A DNA stretch of 64,000 nt from a virus (IMGVR_UViG_3300005445_000001:21651-85650), one strand, 5' to 3'. Positions 46,099 through 54,504 are shown, numbered from the stretch's first letter. Notes: generated by a model not told the origin, from the letters alone. Program-made: numbers and translations.

Positions 46099-46137
46099 CG
46101 AGAGCACAAACCTTCAACGAAACAAGGAGACAGAGTC

Positions 46138-46848
46138 ATGGCTGGATCAGTTGGCGTAGCACCAGGAACCTACACTTTCACGCTGCCGAACGGGCACGTC
46201 CTCGCGATCGAGGATTGGATCGACGACAAGCTGTACTCAACGGTGCAGCTGGCGAACGGTCAGTCGATCGCCGTCGAGGCGTTCACCGTCGGCCGTGGTC
46301 TGCAGATCTCGGGCGGCACCCGTACCACCACGCGCGTCGACACGAACGTGCCGCGCTCGGGTGAGAACGGTCTGCCGATGGCCTGGGAGATGTATATCTA
46401 CGGGATCGGGATCAAGGTTACGCGCGTCTGCCGTCCGCAGACGGGCGCGAGCCAACCGGTTCTCGCAGACGGCTCGGGCGCGCTGTCGGATCCTCCGCAG
46501 CTCGTCACGCTGTTCAACATCGATCGCGTGACCTTCATCAACTTCTTCTACAACACGCGTGACTACACCGTCGGCGTGATGCAGGACTACCCGCAGGGTC
46601 ACGGTTACAACGTGTTCTCGACCAACCCCGCGTTCGAGCTCGCGCAGAACGGCATCCCGTCACCGCGCGACCGCAACGCGCTTGTGCTGCCTGTCTGGCT
46701 GCGCGAGCAGCTCGGGTACAAGTGCGTGTTCACGCCGGAAGCCCCGCTCGTGATCTCGCAGCTCGCGAGTGATGGCTCGACCGCGCTCACCTTCGCCGAT
46801 GTGAAGGTCTACGCGTACGGCCTGATCAAGCGTTCGGCCGGCACCTGA
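46138..46848 (+). CDS. putative single-jelly-roll major capsid protein (large subunit)
   Basis: Strong AAGGAG RBS, terminator after; beta-strand pattern LYSTV...DTN...GLP...YIYGIG...PQGHG...NGIP...LPVWL...VKVYAYG; pattern recognition only. Confidence 0.6.
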   Translation: MAGSVGVAPGTYTFTLPNGHVLAIEDWIDDKLYSTVQLANGQSIAVEAFTVGRGLQISGGTRTTTRVDTNVPRSGENGLPMAWEMYIYGIGIKVTRVCRPQTGASQPVLADGSGALSDPPQLVTLFNIDRVTFINFFYNTRDYTVGVMQDYPQGHGYNVFSTNPAFELAQNGIPSPRDRNALVLPVWLREQLGYKCVFTPEAPLVISQLASDGSTALTFADVKVYAYGLIKRSAGT

Positions 46849-46894
46849 TCGGCTGCGGTCTGCGAGCCGCTCAACTCGCAGTGGTGGACCCGAA

Positions 46895-46930
46895 GCCCGT
46901 CGATCGAAAGGTCGGCGGGCGTTGTCGTTT
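46895..46930 (+). terminator. intrinsic terminator, probably bidirectional
   Basis: GCCCGTCGATC-GAAA-GGTCGGCGGGC then GTTGTCGTTT, between convergent genes. Confidence 0.65.
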
Positions 46931-47220
46931 CAGATGAGCCGACCCGGATCCTCGTAGCTCGAGACGCCAAGCTCGGCGAGTCTACGACGTGCGGGATCGA
47001 GCTTCACGTAGCGTGCGGTTGCCGTCGGGAACTCGTATTCGCGCTGGTAGCGCGTGATGCGTGCACGTCTACGTCTCGCGAGCTCGCAACCACGGCAATC
47101 CGATGGGCACCAAGGTCTCGGCGGATCCTCGACGATCGCCACAAGGTCATGGATGATCGCGTCGTCTCGGTCGATGCTCTCGAGGAGCATATCCAATGCG
47201 AAGACGAGAAACGCGATCAC
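46930..47220 (-). CDS. hypothetical protein
   Basis: 96 aa, CPSDCRGC. Confidence 0.45.
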   Translation of the reverse strand: MIAFLVFALDMLLESIDRDDAIIHDLVAIVEDPPRPWCPSDCRGCELARRRRARITRYQREYEFPTATARYVKLDPARRRLAELGVSSYEDPGRLI

Positions 47221-47591
47221 TAGTTGACCGCGGCGAGCGGTTGGATCTCGTCGTCAAGCTCTTCAGGTTCGAGGAGAACCCAAAATGCGATCGCGGCACC
47301 GATTGGGATGTCGATCGGGCGACAGGTCTTCAGGTTCGCGAGGAATCCGGTGATGTCGCCCCACATGATTTGTCGACGTGGATGCTCGATCAGCGCGATC
47401 TTCCACATCGCCAAAAAGTGATCGACAAGGTCAGAAACCTTGGCCGGAGAAGCCAAGATAGCTAGCGATTCGTCAGCCTTACGCTTTGCGAAGGTCTCTG
47501 CCCATCCAGAGTTTGTCACTGAGAGATAGGCTCTCGGTCCGGTAGTTGGTCTTTTGTAGATGACTTGCTTCCGAGCGTTCGTTAAGCGCAC
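47220..47591 (-). CDS. hypothetical protein
   Basis: TAGTCT 6 nt before GTG. Confidence 0.55.
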   Translation of the reverse strand: MRLTNARKQVIYKRPTTGPRAYLSVTNSGWAETFAKRKADESLAILASPAKVSDLVDHFLAMWKIALIEHPRRQIMWGDITGFLANLKTCRPIDIPIGAAIAFWVLLEPEELDDEIQPLAAVN

Positions 47592-47713
47592 TCATCGAGA
47601 CTACACCCGTGCGAGGAGACTCGACCTCAAGGGGCGCTTAAATGACAGATCTCGTAAGGGTTGGTAGTGTGGATTCGTCGCCAAGAATGTAACGGCGACA
47701 GGAGTCAGAAAAA

Positions 47714-48211
47714 ATGGGTCGTCTACCAGACCGATTCGCTCAGCGGATCATCACGTTTCGTCAACCTTGGAGCATGTACGGCGAGGTGACGCTCACGTCG
47801 GCGCAAGCCGGCAAGACGTTCCCGGAAGGAACGTTCCTCAACTCCACCGACAAGCCGTTCGAGATCCATCGCTTGATCCCACGGATCACGGCGCTCGACG
47901 GTAACGGCGTCGCGCTCGTCACGCAGCCTGACGAAGAGTTCATGTTGTCGATGGTGAAGTGTTCGATTCTCGATCTCGGCAAGACGACACCTCTCCAGCG
48001 CGCCCCGACGCGTCTGCGCTCGATGCTCAAGGGTAGCGCAGAGCAAACGTGGGAGTGGGCGGATCCCTACTATCTCGTCAAGAGCGAGCAGTTCCAGATA
48101 ACGAATGACGCCGACACGTTCCCCGCGATCACGAGCCTCGTCACGCTTCGCGTCGAGCTCAATTTCGAGGGCTTCCTACTCACGATCGCGCCGCCTAGCG
48201 AAGCGCGGTAA
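47714..48211 (+). CDS. putative single-jelly-roll capsid protein (small subunit)
   Basis: GGAG RBS; PFEIHRL...KCSILD...APT...W.DPY.L...RVELNFEG beta-sandwich pattern. Confidence 0.55.
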   Translation: MGRLPDRFAQRIITFRQPWSMYGEVTLTSAQAGKTFPEGTFLNSTDKPFEIHRLIPRITALDGNGVALVTQPDEEFMLSMVKCSILDLGKTTPLQRAPTRLRSMLKGSAEQTWEWADPYYLVKSEQFQITNDADTFPAITSLVTLRVELNFEGFLLTIAPPSEAR

Positions 48212-48220
48212 AGAGGGTCC

Positions 48221-48541
48221 ATGCAGCCCTCGGTAGTCAACACGATGAGTGTGCCATCGGCGGGTAGCGGCGAGCCGACGCTCGTTTTCGTTGCCGGGCA
48301 AATTCCGATGCGCGTGAACGTGTCCAACGTTGGTGCCGTGTCCGTCCAGCTCGCTCACGAGTCATCGACGCTGACCAACAGTCCTCCAACGCTTGGCAAG
48401 ACCTTCATCTTGCCGATCGGTCGTGAAGTGGTCTTCGTCCTAGCGCCGGGGCAAGCGATCGTCGCGGTCTCGCAAGGAGCCGGCGGGGAGATCTCGATCG
48501 CAGCGTCGGAAGCGATCCCGCAAACAGCCTTTGGAGCGTGA
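48221..48541 (+). CDS. small beta-sandwich virion protein (penton/minor capsid-like)
   Basis: RVNVSNVG...FILPIG...LAPGQAIVA. Confidence 0.5.
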   Translation: MQPSVVNTMSVPSAGSGEPTLVFVAGQIPMRVNVSNVGAVSVQLAHESSTLTNSPPTLGKTFILPIGREVVFVLAPGQAIVAVSQGAGGEISIAASEAIPQTAFGA

Positions 48542-48544
48542 TCG

Positions 48545-49558
48545 ATGCCCATCCTTTCAGAGTTCAACGATTTCACTCCTGTCGATGCACGACTCTTCAA
48601 CCAAGCGCTGTTCGAGCTCTACTTTTCGAACTGGGGTCAGCGCGTCGTCAATGCTGATCCGACGATCGCAGCTGCAAACCTTCAGTATCCGTTGCCCGGA
48701 CAGCAAGGATTGCAGGACTCGCTCGCGGCGATCGCGATCGGTCCGCGCTCGACGGTGGATCGTTTCTGGATCTCATACAACCGTCAAAAGACGTTCAACA
48801 CGACGCAGACGTTTTCGGGGACGCCCGATCGTGCTCGGCGTGTGAGCCTCAACGCGCCGATGGTGTTCGCACAAGCGACGCAGAGTGGTGTGGTGGCACC
48901 TGCAACCAATCTGGGCCCGAACGTGGCGTGCATTCAACCCGCTGGAGGAACGATCTACCTCTACCCGTATGCCAGGCAGAGTCCGAGCGTCAACAATCCA
49001 ATGGGCATCACGTTTCCGCTCGAGCAAGACAACACGTGCTTGCCGCAGAACTACGTGTCGGGCGTCGATGGTACGACGATGCTCGGCTTCGGAACGAATG
49101 CACCAGGCGTTGGTGCTGTGAGCCCAGCAAGCCCGTTCGTTCAACCGTTGCTCCACGCGTATCTCTATCTGAAGCCGCCTGTGTTGCCGTTGCCGGTTTC
49201 GCGGTTTCCGTTGAACTACTTCGTGAACTGGACGGGTGGGCAAGCAGTGCCGGCGGCACGCACGCTGATCGCACAAATCCCGGTGTTTGGTCGCGCGCAC
49301 ATTCGGCTGTGGGGTACTTGCCCAACCTCGACTTGCGTTTTCGATGTTGGGTTCATCCGTGGCCTTAGCGAAACCGACGCACAGAATCTCGAGTCGCTCG
49401 AAGTGATCGGCGCTGCGGAGCGCAAGCTGATCGCGATCGATGGCCCGTGTGCCGATTACATGAACGTCTACGCGACGCCCGATGCACCGTCGACGGTGCT
49501 CATGCAGATCGCCTGTTACGACTCGCTCGCGGGCTATGGAAACCAGATCAAGCCCTAA
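48545..49558 (+). CDS. virion structural protein (vertex-like)
   Basis: 337 aa, beta-rich, in the capsid operon. Confidence 0.55.
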   Translation: MPILSEFNDFTPVDARLFNQALFELYFSNWGQRVVNADPTIAAANLQYPLPGQQGLQDSLAAIAIGPRSTVDRFWISYNRQKTFNTTQTFSGTPDRARRVSLNAPMVFAQATQSGVVAPATNLGPNVACIQPAGGTIYLYPYARQSPSVNNPMGITFPLEQDNTCLPQNYVSGVDGTTMLGFGTNAPGVGAVSPASPFVQPLLHAYLYLKPPVLPLPVSRFPLNYFVNWTGGQAVPAARTLIAQIPVFGRAHIRLWGTCPTSTCVFDVGFIRGLSETDAQNLESLEVIGAAERKLIAIDGPCADYMNVYATPDAPSTVLMQIACYDSLAGYGNQIKP

Positions 49559-49575
49559 TGTGAAAGGCTTTTTCA

Positions 49576-49992
49576 ATGGCGTATGGCGGAATCCCCGTTT
49601 ACATCGATCGAGGCCCGGGATTTCACTTTAGGAATTTCCTCCGCATCGATGATTTGACCCTCGACAGCTTCACAGGAAATGCGGCTAACATCGCGGCGGC
49701 CGATACTGGTCAACTCACGACGGCGATTCCTGGACCGAACCAGACGGGGATCCCGATTTGGTTTGGTCGTGGAAGAGGCAACTGGCGACCGGCCGACGCG
49801 AACATGATCATCGACAGTTTCCAGGTGCTGCTCACTGGTGCACCACCGACGGGATTCGTTGTGCCAGCCACAGTGTTGCCGACGCCAGTCGTCGTCAATG
49901 GTGACCTGATCTTGACGCATCAAAATGTTGTCAATGGTGGTGTCCAGCTTCTTCGTGTGATCTTGCAGTACGTCAACACGATGGTTAGCTAG
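49576..49992 (+). CDS. virion structural protein
   Basis: 138 aa, in the capsid operon. Confidence 0.55.
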   Translation: MAYGGIPVYIDRGPGFHFRNFLRIDDLTLDSFTGNAANIAAADTGQLTTAIPGPNQTGIPIWFGRGRGNWRPADANMIIDSFQVLLTGAPPTGFVVPATVLPTPVVVNGDLILTHQNVVNGGVQLLRVILQYVNTMVS

Positions 49993-50040
49993 AGACGGTT
50001 GGTTTGCGCATCTAAGTAGATTCGCGATACAATTCAGAAC

Positions 50041-50934
50041 ATGGCCGACGAAGATCGCATCCGAACGATCACCGCGAATCTGGAGACGACCTACCAGAAC
50101 ATGCGTTTGGCTGCAGCCAACGTGTCTGGTTTGCTGTCGGTCGGCCGTGCGACGTGTGACGAGGTCAAGGCCTACAATCTATGGGCGCTCGCGACGTACA
50201 ACGCGCAGCGCGGCATGTTGAGCACGCTACGCGCCGCCGGTGATCAAGGCGTGCCCGAGCTCCCCGAGGCGCCAACGCTGTTCTCCTGGCAAGGGATGGA
50301 CGGCTCACAGGCTCTCGACTTTGATTGCTCTGGCGACATCTCGAGCGAGAACGTCGACAGCTTGCAAGGCGCGATGAAAAAGGCTCTGCGTGGTCCGTCG
50401 AGCAAGGCGGTCTATCTGAGTCTAGAACAGGTGAACATCGTCACCACCGATCAGCACATGTACGATCCCGAGAACTCGCCGAGCTTCAAGACGCTGAGCG
50501 ACGTCGCAGCCAAGCAGCAAGCCGGCCTCGGAATCGCGCCGGTGCTCTTGATCATCGTGATTGCCGGCATCGCGATCGGCGTCGCGCTCGGCATCAAGGC
50601 GCTCATGGCCTACCTCACGGAGAACTCGATCCAAGAGGAGACGACCGAGCGCACGCGCGTGCAGTCCGACGCGTTCCAGCGCTACACCGCGGCGAGGTTG
50701 AGTTGCTACTCGAGTTGCACGGCGCAAGGCAAGAGCACCGAGGAATGCGTGTCGACGTGCGCAAAGCTCGTCGAGAAACCCGACATCAAGATCGATTCCG
50801 CACGTGGGATCGCGGAGTGGGGCGCGTTGCAGTGGGTCGGCCTCGTCGCGGTCGTCTCGTTCGGTTCGCTCATCGCCTACAAGCTCTACCGGCGTAGGCA
50901 TGAAGGTCAGTACTTTCCGACGATCCTCCCCTAG
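50041..50934 (+). CDS. two-hydrophobic-segment membrane protein (AGLG followed by hydrophobic peptide)
   Basis: QAGLG-IAPVLLIIVIAGIAIGVALG; CYSSC...CVSTC; C-terminal TM + YRRR. Confidence 0.7.
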   Translation: MADEDRIRTITANLETTYQNMRLAAANVSGLLSVGRATCDEVKAYNLWALATYNAQRGMLSTLRAAGDQGVPELPEAPTLFSWQGMDGSQALDFDCSGDISSENVDSLQGAMKKALRGPSSKAVYLSLEQVNIVTTDQHMYDPENSPSFKTLSDVAAKQQAGLGIAPVLLIIVIAGIAIGVALGIKALMAYLTENSIQEETTERTRVQSDAFQRYTAARLSCYSSCTAQGKSTEECVSTCAKLVEKPDIKIDSARGIAEWGALQWVGLVAVVSFGSLIAYKLYRRRHEGQYFPTILP

Positions 50935-50952
50935 GACTGGTAGGCTGGCGAG

Positions 50953-51315
50953 GTGAGCGACGTTTCTCAAGCGAAGGTGTTGATCGTCGTGTTCGCGATG
51001 CCTCAGTGCCCGGCGTGTCACGAGTATCTGCCTCGATTTTGGAAACAGGTGGAGGGCTTCCAACGTCTCGGCTACCCGTTCGTGCCGTACGCGCCGAGCA
51101 CGAACATCAACCGCGGCGACATCCCGATCCTCGTCTACGACGTCACGTCGAAGGATCCGAGCGTTCAGCAATTTGCTGATCGATTCGAGGTGAGCAGCGT
51201 TCCAGCGACGGTGTTCCTGCCTAAGATGGGCGGCTTCCACAAGCTCGTGGGCGCACAGGACGACGAAACGATCTATCGCCTCTTGCTCGCGGCTACCACG
51301 GTCAACAGCAACTGA
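50953..51315 (+). CDS. thioredoxin-like protein
   Basis: VFAMPQCPAC; FEVSSVPATVF cis-Pro loop. Confidence 0.8.
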   Translation: MSDVSQAKVLIVVFAMPQCPACHEYLPRFWKQVEGFQRLGYPFVPYAPSTNINRGDIPILVYDVTSKDPSVQQFADRFEVSSVPATVFLPKMGGFHKLVGAQDDETIYRLLLAATTVNSN

Positions 51316-51342
51316 ATTGGCGTCGGTGGTACACTACGAGAC

Positions 51343-51750
51343 GTGGATCCGGGACTACTGGACTACGCAAAACAGTACGGGCTTCTAGGCCTTGTAGCGC
51401 TCGCATTTGCGTACGTGATCATTCGGCTGTGGGCTGACTACAAGTCGGCCGTGCGCGAGGCTGAGGCAGCGCGCAAAGCCTGCGATGTCGAGCGTGGTCA
51501 ATGGGCGCTAGAACGTGAGAAACTACAGACCGAGCAAGAGGAATCGGTGCGAGAATCTCAAGAGCGGTTCATGCAGGAAATGCGCGATGAACGCGCCGAG
51601 AACCGAAAGCACGAAGACGAAATGCGACAAGAATTTGCTGAGCTCATGGAGCGCGTCTCCGACGCTGCGAACAAGCAGTCGGACGCGCTCGTGGCTGCGC
51701 TCCACAAGTTCTACGATCGCTTTGTGGGCCCCCGTGGGGGGCGGTACTGA
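51343..51750 (+). CDS. N-terminal TM + coiled coil (BhlA-like holin or i-spanin-like)
   Basis: QYGLLGLVALAFAYVII then long charged helix. Confidence 0.55.
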   Translation: MDPGLLDYAKQYGLLGLVALAFAYVIIRLWADYKSAVREAEAARKACDVERGQWALEREKLQTEQEESVRESQERFMQEMRDERAENRKHEDEMRQEFAELMERVSDAANKQSDALVAALHKFYDRFVGPRGGRY

Positions 51751-51752
51751 CC

Positions 51753-51992
51753 ATGGAGGGTAAGATGACCAGATTCCCGAATGGAACGAGTCGACCCAAC
51801 CAACGCGCGCAGGCGGCAGCGGTTCGTGCGATCGGCGCCCACGAGCGTGTGGTCATGGTCGCAAAGAACCTTAACAGCGAGCTTGGCGACGCGACACCAG
51901 CTCATGGAGTGCCGGTGACCGAGCTCCCCGACGACGACAGCATGGTAGTTGCGATCGTCGCCGCGATCGAATCGGGCGAGGCAACGAAGTAG
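51753..51992 (+). CDS. hypothetical protein
   Basis: 79 aa. Confidence 0.45.
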   Translation: MEGKMTRFPNGTSRPNQRAQAAAVRAIGAHERVVMVAKNLNSELGDATPAHGVPVTELPDDDSMVVAIVAAIESGEATK

Positions 51993-52031
51993 CTTCAGCC
52001 GTTCTCCGCGCCCTATGTAACAATGTATGGA

Positions 52032-52505
52032 ATGCGGATCCTCGTCGAGACTCGCGAACCTCCCCCACTAACGCGCAAGATCATCGCGCTCTACGTGTTC
52101 ACGGTGTGGATCACGGCGTGGTCATCGGTCTATCTGATCTTCGGCTGCGCACACCATGGTGGCGTTCAGGCTCCCTGTCCGACACCGAACGCGGTCAGTG
52201 GCACTAACACGGGTGGCCACGGCGAGAGTCGATGCACTATCGGACTCTGGGGCGTGATGGATCGCCATCACGGCTTCGGTACGAGCGGTTGGGAAAAGAC
52301 CGTGACGTACGCCGAGCAAGAGGCCGAGTACTACTCGGCCAAAAACCTTCGTGACACCTGCGAGGCGCAGGGCTTCGATACGGTCTGGAACATCACCTAC
52401 GACGATCACTCGTGCGTAGGTGAGCAGCGTGGAGAACCGCCCGACGAATGGCGCTACCAGTGCACGTGTGAGACGAGCGCGTTCTGCTACAAGTCCGTTC
52501 CCTGA
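52032..52505 (+). CDS. Cys-rich exported membrane protein
   Basis: TM ending LIFGC; 6 further Cys; start 52023 or 52032. Confidence 0.55.
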   Translation: MRILVETREPPPLTRKIIALYVFTVWITAWSSVYLIFGCAHHGGVQAPCPTPNAVSGTNTGGHGESRCTIGLWGVMDRHHGFGTSGWEKTVTYAEQEAEYYSAKNLRDTCEAQGFDTVWNITYDDHSCVGEQRGEPPDEWRYQCTCETSAFCYKSVP

Positions 52506-52513
52506 AGACTACT

Positions 52514-52550
52514 AAGCCCGCAACAGGGGAGGAAACCTGTGCGGGCTTTT
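52514..52550 (+). terminator. intrinsic terminator
   Basis: AAGCCCGCAACAGG...CCTGTGCGGGCTTTT. Confidence 0.7.
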
Positions 52551-52609
52551 CGTTGATCGCGGTCTCAACTCAGCCCGACCGGGGAGTGAGCCGAGGAGAA
52601 CCTACGATC

Positions 52610-52774
52610 TTATCGACGACGCTTGCGGCCCTTGAGCTCGCTGCGCATGCAGGAGCCAAAGGCCTTCCAGCTCGTGCCAGCGCTCGTCTTGAAGCAGTGG
52701 CGCGAAGCGGCGCCAAACTTGGCGCGGTGTGCACGAACGCGTGCGGACTTGGTGTGGCGACGCTTGCGGGCCAT
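52610..52774 (-). CDS. Arg/Lys-rich protamine-like protein
   Basis: GAGGAG RBS; MARKRRHTKSARVRAHRAK...KGRKRRR. Confidence 0.65.
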   Translation of the reverse strand: MARKRRHTKSARVRAHRAKFGAASRHCFKTSAGTSWKAFGSCMRSELKGRKRRR

Positions 52775-52972
52775 GCTCATCTCCTCGGGGGAAGTGGACG
52801 GACGATCGGCTTGGGAGCTACCGGCCGAACGATCGGTCGCGTGCAGCATCCGGGTTTGACTGTGGGTTTACTACCCATGACTCGAGAATACATCAATCTT
52901 CAGGGTCTTTCCACTGTAGGAACGTGATCACGAACAGGAGCGCGCCGAGGGTACCAACTAGGAACCCCGTGA

Positions 52973-53818
52973 TCAGACAGCCGACTTCGACCACAATCGA
53001 TACCCCTTCGAGGCTAGATAGGCGCCACCAAGGAGCCCAAGCGCGCCGAGTACGTAGAGCAGCCTCGAGCTCGCTGGCTTGGGGCAGATCGGCAATCCGC
53101 TCCAATCGGGGCGTGATCGGTCAGCGACGGCCGCAAGACCAGCTGCGAGCAAGGCCGCACCTTCTTCGGTGTCAGGTCCGAATCCCCAATGCCGCCAAAG
53201 AAATGTGTGCCAGTGATCGACACCCGGTAACGGCCCCACCCAATAGTTACCGCGCGCGGCTTCGATCCGAACCTTCGCGGCGGGATCGGGGAACGCCTGT
53301 TGATACTCGAGTCCATCCTGATCGTCAGCGCCGTTCGAGAAATCGCCGCTGTCACCGTCGGCAACGAGCTTCGCGATGAGCAACGTTTGCAGCGTCGGAT
53401 CTGCTGACGTCGCAGCCCAGCGACCGTACGGTGCCGAGAATCCCGAGCCGTGGATCGGTCCGTAGTGGCCGTAGTTGGGGTGTCCGGGCCCTTGGCGATA
53501 GAGGAGCAGATCGTTGACGCTGCCAAGTCCCTCGAGATTGGCGCGGTTCACCGCGGCTTCACCGACGGCGACTCGCTCGGTGATCGATCGCGAGCCGACT
53601 TCGGATTGCATGTAGCGCGCGAGCGTGTAGCCCTCGAGCGAGAGGTCGCCCCCGTAGCCGAGCGTCGCCATCTGTGCCTCGGCGGCGGCTCTCATCGCCT
53701 CTGGATCACACGCGACGTTTCCGTTCCCGTCGATCCCACAACCCGAGCTGATTACTGTGTCTGGTACGTCAGAGAAATCGCCGACGAACCACGGCATGCA
53801 GTCGGTCGATGTCGTCAC
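52973..53818 (-). CDS. membrane-anchored SleB/CwlJ-like cell-wall hydrolase
   Basis: LARYMQSEVG...VAVGEAAVNR; C-terminal TM. Confidence 0.65.
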   Translation of the reverse strand: MTTSTDCMPWFVGDFSDVPDTVISSGCGIDGNGNVACDPEAMRAAAEAQMATLGYGGDLSLEGYTLARYMQSEVGSRSITERVAVGEAAVNRANLEGLGSVNDLLLYRQGPGHPNYGHYGPIHGSGFSAPYGRWAATSADPTLQTLLIAKLVADGDSGDFSNGADDQDGLEYQQAFPDPAAKVRIEAARGNYWVGPLPGVDHWHTFLWRHWGFGPDTEEGAALLAAGLAAVADRSRPDWSGLPICPKPASSRLLYVLGALGLLGGAYLASKGYRLWSKSAV

Positions 53819-53864
53819 TGGCCTAGATTACCTTGGAATTGCTCTATTGTGGTAACCTCGAGCT
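53819..53864. promoter_or_regulatory. back-to-back leaderless promoters
   Basis: TAATCT (minus, 6 nt) and TG-G-TAACCT (plus, 6 nt). Confidence 0.65.
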
Positions 53865-54446
53865 ATGGCCGTGAAGTGTAGCTCCGGTGTTTGCCAAGGA
53901 ACCGATCCGGCTACTGTGGCATCGATTCGGCAGCTTCAGCTCGCCACCAATCGATTCTCGGTGGATCCAGACATCGGATTCTCGCCGCTCGCGATCGATG
54001 GCTTGGTTGGCCCCGCAACCGCGGCTGCAGTGTTCTACGCACTAACTTCGATCTCGCTGAGCCAGTCACAAGATCTCACCGACATGGGCTTGTCTGGCCA
54101 AGCTACGTTGCTGATCGATCAGATGAACACGCCCGAGGACATCGCGAACCAAGCTGACTTTGTTGCACAGGTGATCGACACGAGCGCTGGTGTGCTCGGA
54201 TTGCCGTCTGCGGCTTCGATCGTTCCGGCGGCTTCGAGCTCGCCGCGTTCATTGCCTGCACCACGTGGTGCGGCTGCGGCTGCAGCACAAAAAGCTGTGC
54301 TCGCAAAGAAATCTGGAATCACGGGCGGGCTGTTCGGTTTGAACCTTCCACCGTGGGCGATCTACATCGGTGGTGGAGCGATCGCATACCTTGCGTTGGC
54401 CTTCGTTTGGAAGCGCATGCGTCGATCTAGGCGTGTTCATCAGTAA
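53865..54446 (+). CDS. membrane-anchored peptidoglycan-binding protein
   Basis: IRQLQ...LAIDGLVGPAT (PG_binding_1-like); C-terminal TM + KRMRRSRR. Confidence 0.65.
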   Translation: MAVKCSSGVCQGTDPATVASIRQLQLATNRFSVDPDIGFSPLAIDGLVGPATAAAVFYALTSISLSQSQDLTDMGLSGQATLLIDQMNTPEDIANQADFVAQVIDTSAGVLGLPSAASIVPAASSSPRSLPAPRGAAAAAAQKAVLAKKSGITGGLFGLNLPPWAIYIGGGAIAYLALAFVWKRMRRSRRVHQ

Positions 54447-54504
54447 AGTTGATGGAATACGGATCTTCGAGGTACCCTAAGGGGAACCATGCGAGGTCTG
54501 TAGG

